A stretch of 63,962 nt of DNA, the filler included, from Octopus bimaculoides (taxonomy: Eukaryota), in the NCBI RefSeq assembly GCF_001194135.2. It is 6 parts of 6 records of this genome, joined end to end, with 100 filler letters (N's around TTAATTAATTAA, not from the genome) between each part and the next. Parts side by side here need not be neighbours in the genome. Positions count along the whole stretch, not along the records: positions 22,387 to 43,180 come from NC_068992.1; 5 more parts are not named here. One strand, given 5' to 3'. Under the pieces are notes generated by a model that saw only the letters and a list, made by a program, of their open reading frames with translations, ran no database searches and was not told the origin of the DNA. This document shows, piece by piece, positions 25,681 to 38,060 of this stretch (positions are counted from its first letter, which is position 1; each line of letters opens with the position of its first letter). Made by a program: the position numbers and the translations under genes.

Positions 25681-25795
25681 AGGATGATGAATAAAACAAA
25701 ATATTTTCCTTTACAATCTTCTTAATAAGCAGGTGGCTGGTCCAAATTGACTCTAAATTAAAAAGGGAAAAATAAAGCTTACATGTATACACACA

Positions 25796-26216
25796 TGTAG
25801 GAACGTGGTTATACACCATTAGGTGTACTCTGCTTCTGTACGTTAAATTTCTTGAAGAAACAACGGAACGCAGATTCTGAACAACACAACAATATTTATT
25901 TACAGTGGAATTCGGCTCACGTTTGGAGGGAATTCGGTAGCTCGTCGCCTTTGGTTACTGAGACGCCGTCAATGAAGTTCGTGGTTATTTGTGTAGCTCT
26001 AGTGCTGGAATGTTGGAGAGAGATCTGTGGGACGTCTAGGCTCGACGGAGATCAGCGAACGAAGAGAGTGAGAAAAGGCACCAAAGCTGGGTGTCGAACT
26101 CTACGCATGCGCATGATACTCTTCCTGTATTCCCTCCTGAACTAGTCCCTGCGCATGCGTGGATAAAACTCCGGACATTGAACATATAACAGTCGTCTGC
26201 TATAGGTGTCACTACA
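25796..26216 (-). mobile_element. Solo LTR (421 bp), probably Gypsy-type
   Basis: Termini TGTAG...CTACA, 4-bp TSD CACA on both sides (25792-25795 and 26217-26220), AATAAA about 100 bp from the minus-strand 3' end, and GC/CpG-rich relative to flanks. Confidence 0.85.
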
Positions 26217-26433
26217 CACACATAGATGTAGTTATCCATGTTTACATCTATTTTTCTATGGTAGCATTAAGGCATTATGCTACACCCAGCTGCCTTACCT
26301 GCAGCTAATGCTATCCTGCTTTTCAGGAAAGGGATCTTTAATCGACAAGTCTTCAAAGATATGAAGCAATTTGTTGACAGGATGATTGACAATAAAAATT
26401 CCTCTCAAAATGAATAGCTTTCATAGACCCCAT

Positions 26434-26477
<44 letters not shown>

Positions 26478-26478
<1 letters not shown>

Positions 26479-26632
26479 TATGATTGGATTCTCAAAATCT
26501 TCATCAACCACTTACAAAGCATTTCTTGGTCTAGTGTGATTGTAAAGATACTTATATAAGGTGCTATGCAATGCGACTGAACCAAAAACCATGTAGCTGT
26601 TAAACAAACTTCTTGACCATGCAGCCATGCTA
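26478..26632 (-). mobile_element. SINE family B, old 5' half
   Basis: Reverse complement GCATGGCTGCATGGTCAAGAAGTTTG...ACATGGTTTTTGGTTCAGTCGCATTGCATAGCACCTT. Confidence 0.6.
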
Positions 26633-26904
26633 ATGCTTTTATTAAGCTACAAATCACATTTCTGTATACTGCTCAAAGGTATTGTGATTAATCTACACAT
26701 GCAAAGATATAATACTTGCATCATAAAACAATAAAGCATTTCTTTATCATCTATTTATAGTAAGTATTGTGTACATATACTTTACTTCTGTTCTACCCAA
26801 TTCAAGCAACATTTTTATTTGTGTATGTTGGCATGACAATTATTTGACCTAACCAATGCTTCAGTTTCATTTTGTATTTTTCAATCACCAAAGTTTTAAC
26901 CATA

Positions 26905-26977
26905 GGACTGTGCCATGAGCCTTATGAGTGGATTTGGTAGATAGAAAATTTTAAAAACTAACACAGAAGCCAGTTGT

Positions 26978-27039
<62 letters not shown>

Positions 27040-27235
27040 CTTTTTTCTCCAGCTGTTGGACAACTGGCTTTAGTTTGTTTATATCCCCATAATTAGGCAG
27101 CTCAGCCAAAGAGACTTACTAAATAAGTACCAAATTTTAAATCAGTACCGACTCGATTTTTTTTTTTTTTACTAACCCTGCAAAGTAGTGCTACAGCATG
27201 GCCAAAATTCAATGACTGAAACAGGTGAAAGATGT
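26905..27235 (+). mobile_element. SINE family B, old 3' two-thirds with internal (GT)n
   Basis: GCCTTATGAGTGGATTTGGTAGA...(GT)n...CAGCATGGCCAAAATTCAATGACTGAAACAGG. Confidence 0.7.
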
Positions 27236-28270
27236 AAATTCAGTTAATTACATACTTGTATAAATTGCATGAGAATTTCAAATCCTCAGGTATGCAATTA
27301 AGTGGAACTATCAACATAAGGAGAGTGGAGTATGTAGTGCAAATAGGGTTAGTAGGGGCAGACTAGCAACTGAGGTATAATGTCTGTGTGTGTGTGTGTG
27401 TGTGGCAGGAGTGTGGGTTAGTAACTAAGTTATATGGTGGAGAGAGGTGAAGAGTGACAACAATGATAAAAGGTGCGATGCGCTGAGATTCGTGTGATCA
27501 TGTGTAGAGGGAGGGTAGAGTTCAATGTGTCTATGACATCATCAATGGTATTACATAGTGAACAAAGAGAGAGACAGAGACAGACAGACAGAAACAATAT
27601 ATAATCTGTCAGAGGTTTAATTCCCAAACCGCTAACTAAGCAATCCTGAAATAGAACAACACAGATGATAGGTAAATATTATCATATGAACTCTTATAAT
27701 ATTAATAAGAGTTGTTAAGATTGCTCTATATTATAGTACCAACACCAACATCCACACTACCATCAACACTCACACACTTCAGAGTATCAATACACCAAAC
27801 CAATTCCTCTCACTCAGACTACTTAATAATTGATTGAACAAATTTATTGATTTATTGAGTATATTAGTTACTCATTGCTTTATCATTATATAAACTCACC
27901 TCACATTTCAATCTAAACCATACATATGAATGCGTGTGTACATTTATATATATGTATGCAAATATAATTGTATGTATGAATGTACTTATACATGTTTCTA
28001 TAATTTTAAATGTGTGTGTGTGTGTTTGTTTATTTAAATAATTATATATATTGTAAACATCGTTTTACCACCTACTTTTCCCAGCTTGTCAGACAGAATA
28101 TGTAAAGTCAAAGTTTTTAAGACCTTAAACTCTTCTAGTCATCAGCCCTCATCTGTTTTTTAGGCAATTAAATAATATCCCATGGCTGAATATATTTTTA
28201 CAGAAGTTAATAATAACACTAATAATAATAATAATAATGATGATAATGATAATGATGATGATGATGACGA

Positions 28271-28539
<269 letters not shown>

Positions 28540-29207
28540 TAGTAGTATAGGTGTATGGCTTCAGATTTTTAGTGTTGGTGTGGCAGATTAAAGCAACTTC
28601 AGTATAACACTGGTACTTATTGACACCAGAAGACCAAATAATAAAATTCTTTAATGCTATCGAATAACCCATTAAGTTTTATCTGAAGATTAAGCGTTAC
28701 ACTTTCTGTTGCAAACCCACCCTATTACCGATATCAATTTGATGTTTAGCTAATTAATATTCAGCACTAATGTCAAATTATTTGTCATGATGTAATAGCA
28801 GCTAATTGATGCTAAATTAATCCTCCTGGTGGTAAACTGAGATTACGTTTGTGATATTAATATTAATCTAATAGATTGTATCTGGTAATTTCCATCATTC
28901 CGAAACACAACTGGAAATAAGGGAACATTTCAAGGGATTTAAATACTGTACTAGTATCTATTTAGAGATATGAATGGCTGGTTAAGTTATCAGTCAACTG
29001 TCTGTATAGAGATATGGCTCAATGGGATGTAGTTAACCTTCATATACCACTGGTACTAACTACTGAAACAATATAGCTAACCCCATTTTACAACAGATAT
29101 GAGTAACAAAAGGAAGTAGTTTACACCAATACACCAAATTCTAATTAGTAAAGAGACAGTATGTAGTTAATTTCAGTATAACACTTCAAAAGAAAAATAT
29201 TTCATCT

Positions 29208-29800
29208 GCAATGGTCGGCTGAAAAGTTCATAAGTTGACCAAGATACTCTCATGGAATGTGACCGAATTAGGTTTTTTTCTCAACAGAGTCGTCTTTACA
29301 GTCCACACACTTCTTCCATTCATGTTGCAGTGCTTGGATCTGATTGGGAAAGAATCTTTCATCCTATTGTTCAAAACGTTTATCAACAGCAGACATGACG
29401 TGAACATACTGGTTCCCAGCCAAGTGTTTTCCATCGTATGACAAATAGTATTAAAATGGGGCCAAATCATAAGAAAAGGGAGAGTAATCAACCAGTTCAA
29501 AGGCACAGTCATGCACAGCAATCATTAAAACTGGGGACTTGTGTGCTGGGGCATTGTTCTGATGAAACAAGACCCCTTTTCCGTTTCCCGAGCAACTGGT
29601 TTTGATAGTCTTTTGTAACTGCCTTGGCAAGTTGGCATAGTACTCTCCATTGAAGATAATCAACAAGCACAATGCCTTTTAGATCGCTGCAGAGGAAACG
29701 ACCTTGGCCTTTTTTTGGAGCAGATGAAGAGGAATGTTTCCCCTGTATGGATTATCACTTTGTCTCTGGCTCAAAAGGATGAATCCAACACTCATCTTGG
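29208..29800 (-). mobile_element. mariner transposase remnant
   Basis: Minus strand fragments IHPFEPETK..SAPKKAKVVSS, GVLFHQNNAPAHKSPV...FELVDYSPFSYDLAP (HDNAPxH / YSPDLAP) and a C-terminal W-K-C-V-type region, followed by a TIR-like end at about 29210. Confidence 0.85.
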
Positions 29801-32420
29801 GTTAGGAAACAGCCAAACGCCTTTTCTTACCCACAATACACCAAGTAATTATTCTAAAAGACATAACACACAGTAAACGTGTGCATGTAAGTGTAAATAC
29901 AGGAGTACTAGTATCACATTGTCTTGACACCACATAGTTGTAAATAAGTGTTATTGGTATACAAGCAGTGTCTTTCATTTCCAATCATCCACAAAAACAT
30001 GTCTGGCCGTAGGGAATTATTATGTTACTTGGAAATAGGTGAGATTTGGGGAACTAGAATGATCAGCCTTAAATTCCATCTGGCTTAAGCAAACGTGCCC
30101 TATACACCCCCCCCCTCACACACACACACGCTTACACACCACACATTTAAAAACCTCTTGACTGTACACTCAGTGTCACACCAAAAATCCAAAAACCAAA
30201 ATCTGAGCTTACTGCAACTACATACACTTTTCTTTGTTTCCTATTTACAGATAGACAGACTGAACTTACCACTGACACAGCACTGAGCCAACAATCTGAC
30301 AACCATATCATTAAGCTAAACTGCAACTTTTCTCATGGAGGTCATTAAACAAACACAGTGAACACATGCCAGAAGAACTTGGCTCCTTCAGCAACAGGTG
30401 GATATGATTTAGCTTCCTACTTCTATTATCGAGATAGTCTTGAAGATGATGATGATGGAATTGGTGATTGTGGTAATGGTGATGGTGGTGTTGGTGGTGG
30501 TGGTGACCATAGTGTCAGTGGTGGAGATCTAACTACTTTATTAAGTGGTTTTTCTTCATTATCCCCACACCACTCCCACCATCACCGTTTAAGTAGGTTC
30601 AAATGGGTTATTAAGTAAATAGAGAGGAAGAAGGATTTATGACATATGTTCCCCTCTCCATTTTAATAATGGTTTATTACTTAAATACATTACACTCCAT
30701 CTTATATACATACATGTGTGTGTGTGTGTGTACATACATCTCCGTTAATACTTGAGACATAGACACGCACAAAATACAAATATTACCACACCAGTATAAA
30801 CATACATGTATATAAACATGTAAACAAACACGCATATTATCGTCAACATCATTATCATCACCATCATCACAACCCCTCACTCGCTTTCTTACACACACGC
30901 ACACACACTGAGTTATAGTTTGTTTATCACAAGTGAAACATAAAGCCAAGTTAAAGAACTCAATACTTTTAAACAGAGTAGAAACAAAATTGTCTTAGTG
31001 CATCTCTATGCATACATGCACACATATGCAAAATTATAAACATATAAAAATGTACATATATATATATATATATAAATATATATNNNNNNNNNNNNNNNNN
31101 NNNNNNNNNNNNNNNNNNNNNNNNNNNNNNNNNNNNNNNNNNNNNNNNNNNNNNNNNNNNNNNNNNNNNNNNNNNNNNNNNNNNNNNNNNNNNNNNNNNN
31201 NNNNNNNNNNNNNNNNNNNNNNNNNNNNNNNNNNNNNNNNNNNNNNNNNNNNNNNNNNNNNNNNNNNNNNNNNNNNNNNNNNNNNNNNNNNNNNNNNNNN
31301 NNNNNNNNNNNNNNNNNNNNNTATATATATATATATTTACACACACATCAACACACACACAAACATATTTTTACACACACACACACACATCATAAGTCAT
31401 CAAATTGTTCAGACATTAAAATAAAGATGTCTGATTATGTCTGTGATACATCAACACGTGTCATAAATCTTGTAAGTTGAACAGCCCCTCCCCTCCACCT
31501 ACACACACTCTGACTAATTAGTTGACAACTGATATGAAAACATTTGCTGGAATTACAGCAAACTTATCCATAACTTTTAATCTCTTTCATTTCAAACAGC
31601 TTCTCTTAATTGATCTTTTCATGCTTTGCTCTTTGTTCTTCCTTTCTCTTTCTATTTCACGGAGAAGACACTGAATTTGCCAAGTCAAAGAATAACGATA
31701 ATTCCACACATTTCAACAGTAACAAAGGAATTGCTTATTGTTTTCTCTGACTTAATTATTAGCTAGATTCTTCTCTAATTATACCTATCGCTTTCTATCT
31801 TTCACCTTTCTTCTCCTCAATGGATTATGACAAACATCTTCTATCTGTATCCCCCAACCATACGCCAAACCACCCACCCACCAAATCACATTATCTATTA
31901 ATTGGGTTTTTGGCTGGCAGTCCAATGGTGATCATTGCCGACATGTATTAAGTTAGAAATACTGTAATATTGGCACCGTCTGTTGCTACAATCCTCTTGA
32001 GCCAATTTATTGTAGACTGTTACGAGGTATTAGAAAGATATACGAGCAATTCATCCTTTAGAAATGGTATTCTTAACCGAAATGATGAGATTTGTAATGA
32101 AATCAGCTATAAAGCCAAACAAATGTGTTTGGAATAGCATCAGGATACAATGCCCATTTGCTCAGTGTATTCCAAATTTCAGGAAAGAGCCAATATCTTT
32201 TGTTCAACAACTTTCATAGATTAACTTCAGTAATTCTTGTAATTATTCCATCTACTACAACATACCTCTCTCATTCCATACCCTCTTACAAGTAAGTATT
32301 AGTGACAAATATAAACTGGATGTATGGTGACAGTCACTTGTAGTCAAGGAGGATAGCACAGGATGTAGCTAATGTAGAATAGATCAGATTGCAGTTTATG
32401 AATATCTCATGAATATATTC

Positions 32421-32463
<43 letters not shown>

Positions 32464-32857
32464 NNNNNNNNNNNNNNNNNNNNNNNNNNNNNNNNNNNNN
32501 NNNNNNNNNNNNNNNNNNNNNNNNNNNNNNNNNNNNNNNNNNNNNNNNNNNNNNNNNNNNNNNNNNNNNNNNNNNNNNNNNNNNNNNNNNNNNNNNNNNN
32601 NNNNNNNNNNNNNNNNNNNNNNNNNNNNNNNNNNNNNNNNNNNNNNNNNNNNNNNNNNNNNNNNNNNNNNNNNNNNNNNNNNNNNNNNNNNNNNNNNNNN
32701 NNNNNNNNNNNNNNNNNNNNNNNNNNNNNNNNNNNNNNNNNNNNNNNNNNNNNNNNNNNNNNNNNNNNNNNNNNNNNNNNNNNNNNNNNNNNNNNNNNNN
32801 NNNNNNNNNNNNNNNNNNNNNNNNNNNNNNNNNNNNNNNNNNNNNNNNNNNNNNNNN

Positions 32858-32912
<55 letters not shown>

Positions 32913-33269
32913 TACATTGTTACTAATTACATTCAGTACAACCTTCCAATGTTGAACATAATTAGTGGTGCATATGTACACATAGATATGCACACACACT
33001 TACACGTCTGTGTGTGTGTGTGTGGGGGGGGCAATAGTATATTTCCTACCAACCAGGAAGAAGTAAAGAAATATAACTATTCTTGTGCATAATCCTCCTT
33101 AATCAATAATCTTTTTTTAAAATTAACAACTCTGTTACTCATTCAGAGCTTGAAGGAGGAAGTTATGAACAAATACACACAAAAAACACATGCATAATCT
33201 TCATATATGGTGTAGATGTGCTTGAGCAATGCACACTAAAATTACAGTAGAATAGATTCCCTTAAATGA

Positions 33270-33665
33270 TTGACTGACTCACAAGAAGTAGTTGATAAAT
33301 TCTGTATCCTAAGTAGCTTAATTAGCAAATTGGGTGGCTTTTTAGAAGATATAGTAGTTATGGTAAGAACAGATGGGAGAAAATTGAGGGAGCTACTATT
33401 CCTGCTGACAACAAAAGGTCTCAGAGTGAAAGACAGATTGTATGACACATATGAGAGTTATTATGCTATATTAGTGGGTCTTGAATACAGAAGAGTTGTG
33501 AAGGATAGAAAGAAATGAGGCTATCATTCTCCAATGAATGTGTAAAGTACATGAATATCAGAGTACAAATAAGCTGAAACAAACAGTGGGTATAAAAGCA
33601 AACAGGTATTGTGTGCAAGAGAGATGGCTGTGATGCTATGATTGTATAAAGTGTCTAGAAGGTCA
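33270..33665 (+). mobile_element. RTE-clade LINE fragment, highly decayed
   Basis: VVDKFCILSSLISKLGG...GRKLRELLFLLTTKGLRVKDRLYDTY, homologous to 25045-25680 and 42830-43180. Confidence 0.75.
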
Positions 33666-33724
33666 CCGCTGCATAAAGAAGTACTGAGCCCTCCAAGTTA
33701 GTAGAACCACAGATGGGGAAAACT

Positions 33725-33974
33725 AAGAAAGACAGGACATAAACATACCAACACTGGTTGTGAAGTGGTGATGGGAGGACAAACACAGACACAAAGACAC
33801 ACACATACACACATATACAACAGGCTTCTTTCAGTTTCCTTCTACCAAATCCCCTCACAAGGCTTCGGTTAGCCTGAAGCTATAGTAAAAGATACTTGCC
33901 CAAGGTGCCATGCAGTGGGACTGAACTCAGAACTATGTGGCAGGGAAGCAAGCTATTTATCACACAGCCACACC
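33725..33974 (-). mobile_element. SINE family B
   Basis: Reverse complement GGTGTGGCTGTGTGATAAATAGCTTGC...GAGTTCAGTCCCACTGCATGGCACCTTGGGCAAGT. Confidence 0.85.
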
Positions 33975-34792
33975 TATACTAATGGTCAAAAATATTCTAG
34001 TATATCTTGGGTTAAATGAAGAGGCTTACGGCAGTTATTTTTTTCTCTTATTTTTACTCTCTTTAGATCTTTAATATCAGTATGATTTTCTATCTGTATT
34101 CCGTTGTTATTAGGTTTAAGTGAAATGCTCTTTGAATAAATATTTTTCAATTCATCTGTGATCACATTTTGTAGGATTCAATACTATTACACACATTCCT
34201 TATGCTAGGGTGAACAGAATGTTCATTCTAGTATGTTTAGGCTGACTAGAGTTGTGGAGAAAATATTACTTTGAAACTGTGGCTTTATAATATATATCCA
34301 TTTTTATCTTCCCTCTTGTTTCATAATTAAACGTCTAGAAATATGGCAGTTCCTTCTGGTTGAATTCCATTACGTATTTAATGATATGATCTATGTTGTT
34401 AAACAGATTTAAATCTCCATAAGTTCAATTCTGTAAGTTTATTAAAATTATCCTAGCATAGAATGAAACAGCCACCTTGATATCTTTTCCAGCTGCCCTT
34501 TAATATGAATATGTGTTACAAAATTTCTTCTTATTGTATACCATTACTAAATAGGAGCTACTTTTGTGCTCATTGCTATTCCTGATATTTGTAGGTATTC
34601 TTGTCCATCACATTAAGTATTTTTTATACAAATGTAAGCTTATGATGTGTAAAGTTCTTCTCCATTGTGTTGGGTATTAGTGTATAAAATTACATCAAAA
34701 GAAAGAATAGTTGTGTTTTGGTGCACCATTTTAGGTAAGTGATAAAGCATATCTAGATCATCTGAAATAAAATTTGATATATGTTTTAAGCA

Positions 34793-35109
34793 ATGGCTTC
34801 GCTGTGTGGTAAGTAGCTTGCTTACCAGCCACATGGTTCCGGTTTCATTCCCACTGCGTGGCACTTTGGGCAAGTGTCTTCTACTATAGCCTCGGGCTGA
34901 CCAAAGCCTGTCGTATATCATCATCATCATCATCGTTTAACGTCCGCTTTCCATGCTAGCATGGGTTGGACGATTTGACTGAGGACTGGTGAAACCGGAT
35001 GGCAACACCAGGCTCCAATCTAATTTGGCAGAGTTTCTACAGCTGGATGCCCTTCCTAACGCCAACCACTCAGAGAGTGTAGTGGGTGCTTTTACGTGTC
35101 ACCCGCACG

Positions 35110-35151
<42 letters not shown>

Positions 35152-35365
35152 NNNNNNNNNNNNNNNNNNNNNNNNNNNNNNNNNNNNNNNNNNNNNNNNN
35201 NNNNNNNNNNNNNNNNNNNNNNNNNNNNNNNNNNNNNNNNNNNNNNNNNNNNNNNNNNNNNNNNNNNNNNNNNNNNNNNNNNNNNNNNNNNNNNNNNNNN
35301 NNNNNNNNNNNNNNNNNNNNNNNNNNNNNNNNNNNNNNNNNNNNNNNNNNNNNNNNNNNNNNNNN

Positions 35366-35411
<46 letters not shown>

Positions 35412-35605
35412 GTATGTGTGTATATATGTTTGTGTGTCTGTGTTTGTCCCCCCAGCATCGCTTGACAACCGATGCTGGTGTGTTTACATCCCCGTAACTT
35501 AGCAGTTCAGCTAAAAAGACTAATAGAATAAGTACTAGGCTTCCAAAGAATAAGGCAGTGCTCCTGCATGGTCGCAATATAAACACTGAAAGAAGTAAAA
35601 GAATG
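34793..35605 (+). mobile_element. SINE family B (5' part 34793-34916, 3' part about 35430-35605) interrupted by a family C insertion and a gap
   Basis: Head GCTGTGTGGTAAGTAGCTTGC...GCACTTTGGGCAAGT. The 3' part CCCCCAGCATCGCTTGACAACCGATGCTGG resumes after the microsatellite and gap. Confidence 0.85.
34917..35109 (-). mobile_element. Family C: RTE-type LINE 3' end (or RTE-tailed SINE) with (GAT)n tail
   Basis: (CAT)n tail, CCATGCTAGCATGG palindrome and the GGATGCCCTTCCTAACGCCAACC motif. Highly similar to 62304-62480. The RTE assignment rests on the recalled AGGAAGGGCATCC 3'-UTR motif. Confidence 0.7.
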
Positions 35606-35862
35606 CATACACTCACACACACACAAACATTTATATAAATATATGTGTAAGTGTATCTGTGTATGTGTGTCCACATTTGTGTTTATCTACATATCTCTAT
35701 ATATAATTTATTGATGCTTTTTTTCTGTTCTTTTGCCTAGAATACAAGGTTGTCTGAAGCTGTAGGCAAAAACAAACGATGAGAAAATTATACAAAAATA
35801 CTAAAATCAATTACACATTACTCTGTGTGTGTACATATATATATTCATGTATATATAAATAC

Positions 35863-35905
<43 letters not shown>

Positions 35906-36899
35906 ATATTGATACACACACAAAGAAGTAACACATATGTGAACACAGTCAGACGCACACACACATATACACACCTAACAGACACAGAGAGACAGATTGA
36001 AATATACACTCANNNNNNNNNNNNNNNNNNNNNNNNNNNNNNNNNNNNNNNNNNNNNNNNNNNNNNNNNNNNNNNNNNNNNNNNNNNNNNNNNNNNNNNN
36101 NNNNNNNNNNNNNNNNNNNNNNNNNNNNNNNNNNNNNNNNNNNNNNNNNNNNNNNNNNNNNNNNNNNNNNNNNNNNNNNNNNNNNNNNNNNNNNNNNNNN
36201 NNNNNNNNNNNNNNNNNNNNNNNNNNNNNNNNNNNNNNNNNNNNNNNNNNNNNNNNNNNNNNNNNNNNNNNNNNNNNNNNNNNNNNNNNNNNNNNNNNNN
36301 NNNNNNNNNNNNNNNNNNNNNNNNNNNNNNNNNNNNNNNNNNNNNNNNNNNNNNNNNNNNNNNNNNNNNNNNNNNNNNNNNNNNNNNNNNNNNNNNNNNN
36401 NNNNNNNNNNNNNNNNNNNNNNNNNATATATATATATATGTGTGTGTGTGTGTATATAAACATGCACACACCCATATGTATGTATGTGAGTGTGTGTACA
36501 CACACACAGACACACATGCCTCATGTTAATACACCAGCCTATTTTGAACCAAAATATTTTTTAAATATCATATAATCCTTAAAAAAAAATATATTGATCA
36601 AATTATTCTCAGAATATTTTAAAGTCGAATTTTCATTGTTTTTTGATGTTTTTTTGGTTTTGCTTGAGAGTATTACGAATGATTTTCTTACTTTTCTTTG
36701 TTATTTTACAGACCAATATTCTGTTTGCAGGAATATTTCACACACATTCCTTTCCTAATTAAATATTCTGAATCAAGGAATTCGTTCCAGTGATGGGAAA
36801 CTGGACAGTATGAACCAAATCGATACACTTAAGAGTGCATCGATCTCTACAGATCCACACAAGCTGCAAGAAATAATAACTGATTCTCCCTCAGATAAT

Positions 36900-37085
36900 A
36901 TACTACTGCTATAAACATATGGAAGTCATAGACTTCTGTTTTTTTTTTTAAAGTATGGAAGACATATTAGATAATGTAGTCCTAGCTAGACAATGTCAGC
37001 AAAAGAGACAAGATGGAGATGTTTATATTGTTTTACACCAGAGACCTGCTGAACCACAGTTAAGCTGGTGTTAAACAACTAAACT
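36900..37085 (+). repeat. Interspersed repeat family H (3' part)
   Basis: GACATATTAGATAATGTAGTCCTAG...GATGG...TTAAACAAC, similar to segments at 45553, 56490 and 57225. Confidence 0.55.
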
Positions 37086-37640
37086 GTTACCATTATTCAT
37101 CATTTTAACTGATGGGAAGTTTGACAAGTTGTTAGTTTCTGAATCAAAGTAGCTTGCAGTATGTGTATTCTGAGTTCAAATCCCACTCAGGTTATATTTG
37201 CTTCTAATCAGCTTGAGGTCAATAAAACTGTACTAATGTAGAATATAAGAATATCAGCACAGTGATCTTACAGTACTTGATCCAACTCTTTACATTCTGA
37301 ATCCCACCATGACCTACCCAAGTGAAAGACTTCACCTGCTAGCCCAGTTTAACACCACAACCTTGCACCATTTTGTCTGTTTGCCATGCCATGATCAAAC
37401 TCCCTTTCTCCTGTATACCTGGGATGGGGGTAGATAAAGTGCATTTGTAAAACATTCAACAGGCAGGATCCATGATTTATTTTCACCCTGATATCTTCAA
37501 CTCTGTGTCACATAAGAAAAAAGATAAAACATTTCCAAAATGATAGTAACAAAAGGATTGATGCTTATCTCTGGTTTCTGGTTTCTGAGAAGTTTTGTGA
37601 TTTGGAGGCAAAATTAGATGGGGGTGCTTGTCTATTGCAG

Positions 37641-37675
37641 GTAACTTTCCCAGAGATCCCTATATCGATAACGAG
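37641..37675 (+). CDS. Candidate 35-nt exon (unknown gene)
   Basis: Acceptor cttgtctattgcAG, donor GAG|gtaaac; open in two frames (NFPRDPYIDNE or VTFPEIPISIT). Confidence 0.25.
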
Positions 37676-37889
37676 GTAAACTGACGCAAATAGAAAAACT
37701 CTTTTTAAGTTAGTTGTACTACAGATAGAGATTGATAAAATAAATACTGGAGTGGATATGGTTGACTTAACCTTACAAGGTACTGCTTCAGAATGGCATT
37801 TGTGTGAACATTAAAAACTAGTAAAATAAAGGAATATAAAACTAGTCCTGAACATAACTAGTGGTGTTAACTGTAGCCTTGATTTCAGT

Positions 37890-38060
37890 AAGGAGGGGAT
37901 TATACCTTTGATTATTGTGAAGGTATGGATTATGCCACTGATTATAGTGGGGGTGGGATATATGGGTGATGCCACTGATTATAGTGGAGGTGGGATATAT
38001 GGATTATGCCACTGATTATAGTGGGAGTGGGAGATATGGGTGATACCACTGATTGACGTG
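37890..38060. repeat. 37-bp minisatellite, about 3.5 units plus a decayed upstream unit
   Basis: Unit TATGG(AT/GT)(T/G)ATGCCACTGATTATAGTGG..GTGGGA.A starting at 37924, 37961, 37998 and 38035. Confidence 0.9.

Noticed and set aside
34979-35005. CTGAGGA...GAAAC in family C as a hammerhead
   Set aside because: Only 5 nt lie between the boxes, there is no GUH, and GAAAC is absent from the paralogue at about 62370.
37890-38060. CRISPR-like reading of the 37-bp repeat
   Set aside because: The units are contiguous with no unique spacers, there are no cas genes and the context is eukaryotic.
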